From: Gammaproteobacteria bacterium | Lineage (GTDB): Bacteria > Pseudomonadota > Gammaproteobacteria > Eutrophobiales > Eutrophobiaceae | DNA: 64,000 nucleotides | Reading direction: 5' to 3' | Assembly: GCA_965222155.1 (NCBI GenBank) | Contig: CBDCTH010000012.1 | Span: forward strand, 1,664,001-1,728,000 | Part shown: positions 33,334 to 43,107 of the stretch, piece by piece | How the letters are laid out: every line of letters starts with the position of its first letter | How positions within the stretch are numbered: the first letter of the stretch is position 1 | The notes under the pieces: generated by a model | Told to the model about the DNA's origin: nothing | Seen by the model: the letters and a program-made list of their open reading frames with translations, nothing else | The model's database searches: none | Program-made: the position numbers and the translations under genes

Positions 33334-34326
33334 TTATCCCAGGATTTTTTTGGACCTCGCATCCAGCCGGGAAATTATCTGCCCCATCACGTCTGCGCTG
33401 TGCGCCGCAAAAATATATTCCGCCAACGGCTCTGCGGTCTTCACGGCCTGCGGCTGCCACCTGGTCAGCCACCCTTCTACCAGCGCCTTGTTACCGGCGG
33501 ATTCCCCGGCCGCCGTTTTAATAGTCTGATCAGTCCAGCGCGTCGCCTCGGCAAACCAGTCCACAAAAAATTCCGTGACCATGGCAAAAGCCGCCCCTCC
33601 TTCGCTGACGATTTCATTATCAAAATGCTGGAATAACAAGGGTTGCAATATCCCGTCGAGGAGGTAATTCTGTAATACGTGCAACTCGAACCAGTCTTTA
33701 ATCACAAAACTGTCTTCAATCACTTTACGTAACGGTTGCCACATAGGCTCATCCAGCCAGTCCGACTTGGCCTGATCCAGAACCGCCGGATCGTTATTTG
33801 ACAAAATTAAACCAATGCGTGTGATGTACTGGGCATTTCCGAGCCGATCCATACCCTGAAAATCGGCGGCGATAGGCATGGGCGTACCGAAACCGTAGGC
33901 TGCGATGAACAGGTTATTGGTATTCGCTCCCCACTCCGCGTGGCGGAACGGTACGACGACCTTCTTGATCTTCTCAATCAGGCCCTCATCCAGGGCGGTC
34001 AGCAAGCCGCGTTTCTCGACCACGGAAAAGTTCTTTTCCAGGGATTCCTGTTGCTTTGATCTTTGTATGACGTAAGTAGCGTAATAATACTGGCGCGGAT
34101 CCACCAGGTCATCGAAATCCATCATGTTTATGGCGGTGCGATCAGCATCGAAGATGTCATGCTCCGGGTCCCAGGTGGGACGGTAGTGGAACACATGTTC
34201 CTGCTGCACCCCGATCATCACTTCCTGGTAACGGTTGGGCGTCTTGCCCTCACCCAGCTTTTTTGCAACGTTGTCGAAGGTGACCCTTCTTGGTTCTATT
34301 TTAGTCGTTTTAATATCAATGGACAT
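33334..34326 (-). CDS. dmpL: Phenol hydroxylase beta subunit (P1)
   Basis: MSIDIKT, RYQE, FHYRPTWDP and DPRQYYY motifs. Confidence 0.94.
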   Translation of the reverse strand: MSIDIKTTKIEPRRVTFDNVAKKLGEGKTPNRYQEVMIGVQQEHVFHYRPTWDPEHDIFDADRTAINMMDFDDLVDPRQYYYATYVIQRSKQQESLEKNFSVVEKRGLLTALDEGLIEKIKKVVVPFRHAEWGANTNNLFIAAYGFGTPMPIAADFQGMDRLGNAQYITRIGLILSNNDPAVLDQAKSDWLDEPMWQPLRKVIEDSFVIKDWFELHVLQNYLLDGILQPLLFQHFDNEIVSEGGAAFAMVTEFFVDWFAEATRWTDQTIKTAAGESAGNKALVEGWLTRWQPQAVKTAEPLAEYIFAAHSADVMGQIISRLDARSKKILG

Positions 34327-34380
34327 CTGACTGATCCCCGAATATCTCTAGTTCATGCTTGTCATGTACACCTGATCAGC

Positions 34381-34599
34381 TTAACCGTAGCGCCATTTAT
34401 CCTGTTGTTGCGCAACTGCTTCAGCCTGTTCATCCGTGAGAAACGTCACCTGATTGGACTTGCAAAAATCATTAAACGCCGCAACCGGCAAAATCATCTC
34501 CAGGTAAAGAGACGGGTCGCCGATGGAAAAATTAAACTCGACGAACCCAGGCCTGTCTCTGCTGGTGATGTATACATAGCGTGTTTGCGTCTTGATCAT
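34381..34599 (-). CDS. dmpK: Phenol hydroxylase assembly protein (P0)
   Basis: FVEFNFSIGDPSLYLEMILP..AF..FC..N.V and WRYG motifs. Confidence 0.9.
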   Translation of the reverse strand: MIKTQTRYVYITSRDRPGFVEFNFSIGDPSLYLEMILPVAAFNDFCKSNQVTFLTDEQAEAVAQQQDKWRYG

Positions 34600-34640
34600 A
34601 GCCGATTTTTGCTGTTTGTCATCCCTGATATCCTGATAAC

Positions 34641-34665
34641 ATCGATTTTATTAAAAAAAATCGAT
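34641..34665. promoter_or_regulatory. Candidate operator ATCGAT-N13-ATCGAT upstream of dmpK
   Basis: Same motif and spacing recur at 41860-41884. Confidence 0.55.
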
Positions 34666-34672
34666 ATATTTT

Positions 34673-35029
34673 TCATATTTCCATACCCAACAACTTTGCA
34701 TAGACCCGGTGCGGCTCCGGTTCAGTCTCCCCCTCCAGGTTGATACTGATATTGACGGAATCAAAATAGTCATACCAGCGGGATTGCTGGATGTTGCTGT
34801 CAAGTACGCGGATATCCTGTTCCGTTCTCATGGCAAATACGCCGACATAACCTTGTTCCGGCGCCTTGTTCAGGCTGCGGTCCACTTTGCTCCAGCCCAG
34901 TGTCATGACGCCATGGCTGCGCGCCTCGTTGATGGCGCCGTCAAGGGAACGCAGGTAAGCAGCCTGCTCCGGCTCCGATAAAGCAAACCATTTTCTATTG
35001 GGTTCCCAGAGTATCATTAGAATCTGCAT
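34673..35029 (-). CDS. Hypothetical protein (possibly DUF6616-like)
   Basis: 118 aa with W....W.ALS..EQ..Y pattern and WYDYFD; family assignment from memory only. Confidence 0.6.
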   Translation of the reverse strand: MQILMILWEPNRKWFALSEPEQAAYLRSLDGAINEARSHGVMTLGWSKVDRSLNKAPEQGYVGVFAMRTEQDIRVLDSNIQQSRWYDYFDSVNISINLEGETEPEPHRVYAKLLGMEI

Positions 35030-35117
35030 CGAATTATCACCTGCGAAAGCCGCTTAATGCCGGGGGTTGTTTGTGGTGAGGGGTATTCTTTAGACCATTC
35101 AGCCAGGAAACACGGTC

Positions 35118-35846
35118 CTATAACCTGACCAGGCAGTCAACCAGGTGTTCGGGGCACGAATAAAAGGGAGAGTGGTCCGTTTCCAGGGTCAGCAATGCAT
35201 CCAGCCTCGCCTTTTTCTGCATCTGCTGCTGCATAGGCCAGGTCAGGGCCTGGTCTTTGATACATTCGATATAGCAACGACGCACCCTTCCGTAGTTTTC
35301 CGGGGTGATACGGACAGGTTGTACCAGCGGCGCCAGCGGTTGTGGCCGCAGACGGGCTATGGCATTGTTCGTATCCTCCTCACTGCACAGGCCGTAGAAG
35401 CATTCAGGTAGCCTATCGGGCGGGATGGTAAAGTATCCTTCTGCTTCGTTGACCTCGTGATAGAGCGTAACGTGAGACTCGGTGTCGGCCATGGCATAAT
35501 CAAACAGCGATTCCCCGTTTCTGGGCGAAAACGCCGCCAGGTAACCTAGCGCCTGTATTCGGTCAGGGACAAATTCAGCGGTTTGAGTGATGATCAGGCC
35601 GCCCATGCTGTGGCCAACCAGGATGACCGGGTCGTTTATCGAAAGGATCATTTCCCTGACGGCATTCACATATGAATCCAGGGAAATCTCGGAAATGGGC
35701 GTAGGATCTTTCCCCAGCCCCGGCAAATCAAGGGTATGTGCTTCATGGCCCATTTCAGAGAGCAACGGTGTGACTTTCTCCCAGCACCAGGCGCCGTGCC
35801 AGGCACCGTGTACCAGGACGAAATGTTTTGTACCTGAGTTACCCAT
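35118..35846 (-). CDS. Alpha/beta-hydrolase of the SABP2/methylesterase (salicylate-esterase-like) family
   Basis: FVLVHGAWHGAWCW, GHSMGG, DQAL and DHSPF motifs. Confidence 0.85.
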   Translation of the reverse strand: MGNSGTKHFVLVHGAWHGAWCWEKVTPLLSEMGHEAHTLDLPGLGKDPTPISEISLDSYVNAVREMILSINDPVILVGHSMGGLIITQTAEFVPDRIQALGYLAAFSPRNGESLFDYAMADTESHVTLYHEVNEAEGYFTIPPDRLPECFYGLCSEEDTNNAIARLRPQPLAPLVQPVRITPENYGRVRRCYIECIKDQALTWPMQQQMQKKARLDALLTLETDHSPFYSCPEHLVDCLVRL

Positions 35847-35956
35847 TACTGTTAATCTCCCGCTTCCCAGCTTACGTGGTAAACTTCATCATTCGTTGTA
35901 GAGTCTAACTCGCTGACAGGACACACTCAAATCCATGTTCCGGCGCTGCCTCAATG

Positions 35957-36736
35957 CTACTGGGAAAGACGTCTAGCCAGTGACTTCATTCTCGACATGC
36001 GTTCAATCGATGAAGGGTGCGTACCGGTATAGCCCCCTGACAAGTGTTTTCTTGTTTTGTAAAGTAACTCTCGCAAGCGTACCGCCCCGTGTGGGTCGTA
36101 GCCGGCTTCAACCGCCCAGATCGCGCCCAAATAGTCTGCTTCACGTTCGTTGTCGCGACTGTATCGGGTAATTGTTACGTTCAGCTTGTTGGAACGAGGT
36201 TTGTCTTTACGTTCATCGCCGTGATTCAGCTTCAGATGAGCCAGTTCGTGACCTATCAGAGCCGCGGCCATATGGATATCCAGCCTGAGCAAATCAAGCA
36301 TGGCGAAATTGATTTTGACAATATTGATTTTAACGGCATTTTTCTTATCGATTGGTTTTTTGTTCGCGACAGCGTTCCCCTGTATGCTGACTTCTTCAGC
36401 GTTGGGTTCATCTGTATCTTTTTCATTGGCTTTTACCGGGACCAGTTCTGCCATACCCTTGCTGGCAAAGGCGTTGGGATGTTCACCATCAACGATTAAC
36501 AGTTCCGCGTGGACTTCTGAGACATCTTCAATAGCCTTCATCACCGAATAAAGATAGACCATTTGTTTTGCATCAATTTTCTTCAGGAACCTGTTATTTT
36601 TATCTCGCAGCTTAATGTTCGCGGCATTCGTTCTGGCCAGGTCTTCAATTTTCCAAGTGTAGTTATACGATGCTGCAAAACTGTAGCTTGTTATCAGCAA
36701 CCACAGCCAGGTTATAAAGACGGTCTGTTTGATCAT
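35957..36736 (-). CDS. Secreted M48 family zinc metallopeptidase
   Basis: Signal peptide, PNAFA, HELAH, EREAD, AGYDP and THP motifs. Confidence 0.85.
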   Translation of the reverse strand: MIKQTVFITWLWLLITSYSFAASYNYTWKIEDLARTNAANIKLRDKNNRFLKKIDAKQMVYLYSVMKAIEDVSEVHAELLIVDGEHPNAFASKGMAELVPVKANEKDTDEPNAEEVSIQGNAVANKKPIDKKNAVKINIVKINFAMLDLLRLDIHMAAALIGHELAHLKLNHGDERKDKPRSNKLNVTITRYSRDNEREADYLGAIWAVEAGYDPHGAVRLRELLYKTRKHLSGGYTGTHPSSIERMSRMKSLARRLSQ

Positions 36737-36824
36737 GGAAAAAGTTTGCTCATCGTAATAGCTGTCCTATAGTATATATCCATCACCCCCCTCCTTCAGG
36801 CTCATTTCATATTGGAAAATACTG

Positions 36825-39800
36825 CGACCTGGACCTGGTCGTGGGTGGGTATTACGGTGCCCTGAACTACTACGAGAACACCGGCAGCCGTAGTCAGCCG
36901 GACTTCACCGCGCGCATCGGCGCTGCCAATCCCTTGGATGGCATCGACGTGGGTGAGGGCAGCGCCCCAACCTTTGGCGACCTGGACGGTGACCCGGACC
37001 TGGTCGTGGGTGAGAGGGACGGCACCCTGCACTACTACGAGAACACCGGCAGCCGTAGTCATCTGGACTTCACCGCGCGCATCGGCGCTGCCAATCCCCT
37101 GGATGGCATTGATGTGGGTGATTACAGCGCCCCAACCTTTGCTGACTTGGACGGCGACGGCGACCTGGACCTGGTCGTGGGTGAGAGCTATGGCGTCCTG
37201 AACTACTACGAGAACACCGGTACCGGCAGTCAGCCGATCTTTACAGAGCGCACCGGCACTGCCAATCCACTGGATGGTATAGGTAGGGGAGGTATTAATG
37301 TGGGTGATTACAGCACCCCAACCTTTGCCGACTTGGATGGTGACGGCGACCTGGACCTGGTCGTGGGTGGGGGGGACGGCGTCCTGAACTACTACGAGAA
37401 CACCGGCAGCCGCAGTCAGCCGAGCTTCACAGAGCGAACCGGCGTTGGCAATCCCCTAGCTGGTATCGATGTGGGTTTTTATAGTACACCAACCTTTACC
37501 GACCTGGATGACGACGGCGACCCGGACCTGGTCGTAGGTGAGGAGGACGGCATCCTGAACTACTACGAGAATACCGGCAGCCGTAGTCAGCCGAGCTTCA
37601 CAAAACGCTTCGGCGCCGCCAATCCCCTGCCTGACGTCGATGTGGGTGATGGCAGCACCCCAGCCTTTGCCGACCTGGACAACGACGGCGACCCGGACCT
37701 GGTCGTGGGTGAGTGGGACGGCACCCTGCACCACTACGAGAATACCGGCAGCCGTAGTCAGCCAGACTTCACCGCGCGCATCGGCGCTGTCAAACCCTTG
37801 GGGGGCATCGATGTGAGTGATTTGAGCACCCCAACCTTTGGCGACCTGGACGGCGACGGCGACCCGGACCTGGTCGTGGGTGAGTGGGACGGCAACCTGA
37901 ACTACTACGAGAATACCGGCTCCCGCAACAATAAAGAACACAACGGCGATGCGGTTGCTGGTGTCGACACCCAATATACAATGTCCGTCGATGACGTCTT
38001 CCGGGGTACATTAAACTCCACCAGTCATGAGGATGAAAGTTTGACCGATACGGATTGGATTCGCATCGAACTGACCGCCGGGAAGATCTACAACTTCAGT
38101 ATTGCAAGCCTTGGGACGACGGAGAACGTTTGGTTCGACCTTTCACTCCTGGACTCGAGCGGGGACAAAATCCTGTCCATGGTTTCCGGTTCTGATGGTG
38201 TGGTTGATGTTCAGCGAGTGTCGGCTACCGGCACGTATTACCTCAAAGTAGAAGGTGGGGATGCCGACGACAGCTTGGACTACGAAGTGTCAGTCGTTGA
38301 GAACACGATCCCCGAAGGGACCTATGACGAGATTGCCGATTATCTGACTGACGGCTACTGGGAGATGGATTGGAGATCCCGCCGCGCCTTCAATGTTGAA
38401 CCCGGCGGTACCTTGACCGCTGACATCACCACCTTGACCCCCGCGGGTCAGCAGTTCGCCCGTTGGGCCCTTGAGGCATGGACCGCCGTCACCGGTATCG
38501 GTTTCGAGTTCGTGGACGGCGCTGCGCACATCACCTTTGACGACGAGAATGTCGAGGATGTTGGCGGCTATGCCGAGTCGAATGTCTCGGACAGTGAGAT
38601 TCTCTCCTCATACGTCAGCGTCTGGAAAGACTCTCTTCCTGTCCATGCCACGATTGACAGCTATGCTTTGCACACCTACCTCCGCGAAATCGGCCATGCC
38701 CTCGGTCTTGGGCACCCGGGACCTTACGGTGGTGAAGGCGTTACCTACAGTGACCATGCCAAATTCCTGAACGACTCTGACCAGGCGACAGTGATGTCCT
38801 ACTTCTCCCAACAGGAGAACACTTATATTGAGGCCAGCTACGCTTACCCGGTCACGCCGATGATTGCGGACATCATCGCCATTCAGAATCTGTATGGCAC
38901 GCCCACCGATATCAACCTCGGCGACAACCGTGTATGGCGTCAACAGCAATGTGGGAGGCTACCCTGGTCAGCTCTTTGCACGCTGGACCGGTGAGGAAAA
39001 TCCCTTCGTTGACATCGATGTGAGTAATCTCAGCGCGCCAGCTTTTGCCGACCTAAACAGCGACGGTGACCTGGACCTGGTCGTGGGTGAGTGGGACGGC
39101 GCCCTGCACTACTACGAGAACACCGGCAGCCGCAGTCAGCCGGGCTTCATAGAGCGCACCGGTGCTGCCAATCCCCTGGATGGTATCGAGGTGGACTATA
39201 ACAGCGCCCCAACCTTTGCCGACCTGGACAACGACGGCGACCCGGACCTGGTCGTGGGTGAGTGGTACGGCGCCCTGCACTACTACGAGAACACCGGTAC
39301 ACGCAGTCAGCCGAGCTTCACAGAGCGTACTGGCACTGCCAATCCCCTGGATGGTATCGATGTGGATGATATTGATGTGAATTATGAGAGCACCCCAACC
39401 TTTGCCGACCTGAATGGCGACGGCGACCTGGACCTGGTGGTGGGTGAGATTGAAGGCACCCTGCACTACTACGAGAACATCGGCAGCCGCAGTCAGCCGG
39501 GCTTCACAAAGCGCACCGGCGTTGACAATCCCCTGGATGGCATCGATGTGGATAGTAACAGCGCCCCAACCTTTGCCGACCTGGACAACGACGGCGACCT
39601 GGACCTGGTCGTGGGTGAGTGGTACGGCGGCGCCCTGCACTACTACGAGAACACCGGCAGCCGCAGTCAGCCGGGCTTCACAGAGCGCACCGGTGCTGCC
39701 AACCCACTGGATGGTATTTATGTGGATTCTGAAAGCATCCCAACCTTTGCCGACCTGGACGGCGATGGCGACCTGGACCTGGTCGTAGGTGAGTATGAAG

Positions 39801-40801
39801 GCATCCTGCACTACTACGAGAACACCGGCAGCCGCACCGAGGCGAGTTTCACCCCACATTCTCTTAGCGAACAACCGGTCGCGCTGACCCTCTACGACAA
39901 CGGCGGCAGCGATACGCTCGACCTGCGCACGGATACGGCTGACCAGCGAGTCGACTTACGCCCGGAGGGGATCTCGAACGTCTACGGCCTGGTCGGTAAT
40001 CTGGTCATCGCCCGAGGGACGGTGATCGAACACTTCATCGCCGGCTCCGGCAATGACACAGTCATCGGCAACACGGCCGCCAATCGTCTGGAGGGACGCG
40101 CCGGCAATGATCTCCTCTGGGGCAGCGCCGGCAATGATCTATTAATCGGCGGCCCGGGCGCGGATCGACTGGTTGGCAACAGCGGGCATGACACGGCTTC
40201 CTGGGCCCATTCCCCCACCGGTGTCACGGTGCGCCTGCACAGCCTCTCGGCCAGCGGTGGCGATGCGACCGGTGATACCTTCCCTTACCGGGTTGACGTC
40301 GCCTGGACCGATAGTAACGGTGTTGAGCAGACCGAATCCCTGCCCGATGTCGAGCACCTGAGCGGCTCTGCCCACGACGACGTGCTGGCCGGGGACCGCC
40401 GGGATAACAGCATCGACGGTGGCGCTGGCCACGATACCCTGTACGGCGGCCCGGGCGGCGGCGATGACCGGCTGGCCGGTGGGCCGGGCGACGACCGGCT
40501 CTACGGCGGGCAGGGGAGGGACCGCCTCGCCGGCGGTGCGGGCGACGACCGGTTGGTGGGTGGCCCGGGCGCAGACGTGTTCGTGGTGTCCCCTGGGGAG
40601 GGGCAGGACACCGTGACGGACTTCACCGACGGCGAAGACCGCATTGACCTGACGGCCTTCGGGCTGGCAGGCATTGACGACCTCACCACCACGACCACGA
40701 CAGACGGTGTGGCGCTTGACCTCACCGACAGCGGTGGTAGCACGATCCTGCTGGCGGACTTTGCTATGGCCAACCTGGATGCGACGGACTTTATTATTTG
40801 A
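36825..40801 (+). pseudogene. FG-GAP repeat / PPC / serralysin-like M10 protease / RTX protein, 5'-truncated and frameshifted
   Basis: Twelve ~57-aa DLDGDGDLDLVVG..YYENTG repeats, REIGHALGLGH with VMSY Met-turn, GGxGxD nonapeptides, C-terminal DFII; +1 base at ~38926 splits the ORF; starts mid-repeat without an ATG. Confidence 0.8.
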
Positions 40802-40864
40802 CCGAATCCCGATTTCCTGGTCTATACTGCCCATTTCCTCAATCCTACACGTACAGAAAAAACC

Positions 40865-41425
40865 ATGAAACGACTTCTACCTATTATTTTAATGTTTGTA
40901 TTTTGTGGGTGTGCTTATATCCCACAACAAGCTGTCATACAAGTGGATACTGATATGGTTGTTGAAACTTCAACCGGTGGTGGAAAAACTGTTTTTGTTG
41001 ACTTTAGGGATGAACGACCTTCAAAGAATATAGGAAGTAGAGGTCTGTTAGGTAGCGGTAAAATAACAACTGAAGGAAACCTTGCAGTAATTATACATAA
41101 CGCAATAGAAGACATTCTCGAAAAACAAGACTTCGTGCCAGTTAAAAATAATGCAGACGTTAAACTAGAAATACAGTTAAGAGCTTTTGAATATGATATT
41201 CGGATGGGATTTTGGACTGGTGGAATATTTTTGACTTCATTAATTAAAGTAATCGCTACAACAGAAAACGGTGAATACGATAATATTTACCGATATGAGG
41301 ATGAAAACAGGGTTGTATTCATCCCTTTTGCTATAGAAAATGAAAAATGGTTGAACGAGATGGCTGACGGAGTAGTCGAGCAAATATTTAGTGACAGGGC
41401 GTTGCTAAACCATTTGGCTGAATAA
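40865..41425 (+). CDS. YajG-like lipoprotein
   Basis: Signal peptide with lipobox-like FCGC, D.RP...IG.RG motif; low GC. Confidence 0.7.
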   Translation: MKRLLPIILMFVFCGCAYIPQQAVIQVDTDMVVETSTGGGKTVFVDFRDERPSKNIGSRGLLGSGKITTEGNLAVIIHNAIEDILEKQDFVPVKNNADVKLEIQLRAFEYDIRMGFWTGGIFLTSLIKVIATTENGEYDNIYRYEDENRVVFIPFAIENEKWLNEMADGVVEQIFSDRALLNHLAE

Positions 41426-41747
41426 CTCATCACACGTTACAAGTTAAGAGATCATCTTGTGCGACCTGTTTGGCAGTCCTGCTAAAGGACAGTCTAAGGA
41501 CAGGATAGGACCTGCCTAACTATTTGTTTTAGTTGAGTTTATTCGCCTATTTCCTGGATTGCATTATTCAGGGTCTGTTCCTGGGATGTGGAGAAATAAG
41601 GCGTATCTGGTGTTGGATGTGGCGTTCCGGTTGTCCTGATTGGTCTACACACAGCAGTTCCCGCTAACTCCCGGGATCGAGGGCATCCTGCTCTCGTGGA
41701 GGGCGAGACGCCCTCCCTTCCAGGGAAACCTGTCCCCTTATCTCCTG

Positions 41748-41771
41748 GGGGACAGATTTAAATCTGTCCCC
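41748..41771. repeat. 24-bp perfect palindrome (REP-like)
   Basis: GGGGACAGATTTAAATCTGTCCCC, identical to 8575-8598; GGAGGGCGAGACGCCCTCC palindrome nearby at ~41698. Confidence 0.85.
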
Positions 41772-41859
41772 TCCTGTCTTCGAATCCGACAAGAATCACC
41801 GTATTGACCTCGATTTAGCGGGAGTGCCTGCCACTCAAATAAATTAGACCTGGAAAAAT

Positions 41860-41884
41860 ATCGATTTTTTATGTAATAATCGAT
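41860..41884. promoter_or_regulatory. Candidate operator ATCGAT-N13-ATCGAT upstream of the meta-cleavage hydrolase
   Basis: Matches 34641-34665. Confidence 0.55.
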
Positions 41885-41915
41885 AAAAAATAATGTTTTA
41901 AACAAGGATATACCT

Positions 41916-42755
41916 ATGAATACCTCTCCGGAAATCGGCTCCTCTATCAATGCAGGCGGAATCTTGACCAACTACCATGACCAGGGAGAAGGCGCCCCTG
42001 TGGTGCTCCTGCACGGATCAGGCCCCGGGGTCAGCGCCTGGGCGAACTGGCGTCTGGTTCTCCCCCACCTGGCGAAAAACTTTCGTACGATTGCGCCCGA
42101 CATCGTTGGTTTCGGGTTTACCGAACGACCTGAGGACATCAGTTACGACATGGAAACCTGGCTCAAACACGCGCTCGGTTTTCTTGACGCCATGGAGATT
42201 GAAAAAGCCCACGTGGTCGGTAATTCCTTTGGTGGCGCATTATCCGTTGCACTGGCGCTGCATGCCCCCGAGCGGGTCTCGCGCCTGGTGCTGATGGGCA
42301 GTGTCGGTGTTGAATTTGAACTGACGCAAGGTTTGGACTTTACCTGGGGTTATACGCCCTCGCTGGATAACATGCGCAAGCTGCTGGACCTGTTCGCTTA
42401 TAACCGCTCGCTGGTGACCGATGAACTGGCCCAGCTTCGATATGAAGCAAGTATGCGGACGGGGGTACAGGAAGCCTACGCGGCGATGTTCCCGGCGCCC
42501 AGGCAGGACGGCATCAGGAAAATATGCAGTCAGGAAGCCGACGTCAAAAATATCGAACACGAAACCCTCATCATTCACGGCAGGGACGACCTGGTTATCC
42601 CCGTGTCATGCTCGCAAGACCTGTTCAGGTGCATCAAGAACTCACAACTGCACATTTTCGGCAACTGCGGGCACTGGACCCAGATAGAGCACAACCGCCG
42701 CTTCAATCAACTGGTTACCGGTTTTCTGCTTGAGGCCGGCCGGGAAGTCAGTTAG
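41916..42755 (+). CDS. dmpD: 2-hydroxymuconic semialdehyde (meta-cleavage product) hydrolase, DmpD/TodF/CumD family
   Basis: HGSGPGVSAWANW, GNSFGG, HGRDD and CGHWTQIEH motifs. Confidence 0.9.
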   Translation: MNTSPEIGSSINAGGILTNYHDQGEGAPVVLLHGSGPGVSAWANWRLVLPHLAKNFRTIAPDIVGFGFTERPEDISYDMETWLKHALGFLDAMEIEKAHVVGNSFGGALSVALALHAPERVSRLVLMGSVGVEFELTQGLDFTWGYTPSLDNMRKLLDLFAYNRSLVTDELAQLRYEASMRTGVQEAYAAMFPAPRQDGIRKICSQEADVKNIEHETLIIHGRDDLVIPVSCSQDLFRCIKNSQLHIFGNCGHWTQIEHNRRFNQLVTGFLLEAGREVS

Positions 42756-43035
42756 AGGATGCAGCTTTAAGGACTTCAAGCACTTCCATATACATTTGGA
42801 AATTTATTCCCAATATCGCAATAAGTAAAACCATAATAAACCCCATCATCCATTTAAGCATCTTGATTTCCGTTTCAATATTACTCATTCGAGCTTCTAT
42901 ACTACTCATTCGAGCTTCTATGCTGGCCATCCGAGTGTCCAGGTTGGCGACAGCTTGTGCGGCTTGGCGCGCGGTCTGAGCGCTGGAGCCGGCCTCCGTC
43001 AAGGCATCATAGAGTTCGCTAATCATTATGCTCAT
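42748..43035 (-). CDS. Small coiled-coil membrane protein with heptad repeats
   Basis: ELYDAL.EAG N-terminus, SIEARMS repeats (21-bp tandem at 42882-42922), C-terminal TM. Confidence 0.7.
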   Translation of the reverse strand: MSIMISELYDALTEAGSSAQTARQAAQAVANLDTRMASIEARMSSIEARMSNIETEIKMLKWMMGFIMVLLIAILGINFQMYMEVLEVLKAASSN

Positions 43036-43107
43036 CGGTAACTCCCTTTACAGTTGTTTATCAGAGTTGGCAGGCTATCAAATTATCTCATCTTGCGTCA
43101 AGATTCC

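Noticed and set aside
38915-38935. Programmed frameshift or phase variation in the RTX gene
   Set aside because: No slippery heptamer or homopolymer tract; a single extra A alongside other lesions fits decay or sequencing error
37456-40834. Long antisense ORFs (172, 273 and 230 aa) opposite the RTX gene, and similar ones opposite dmpN and dmpL
   Set aside because: Mirror frames of GC-biased or repetitive coding sequence with no motifs of their own
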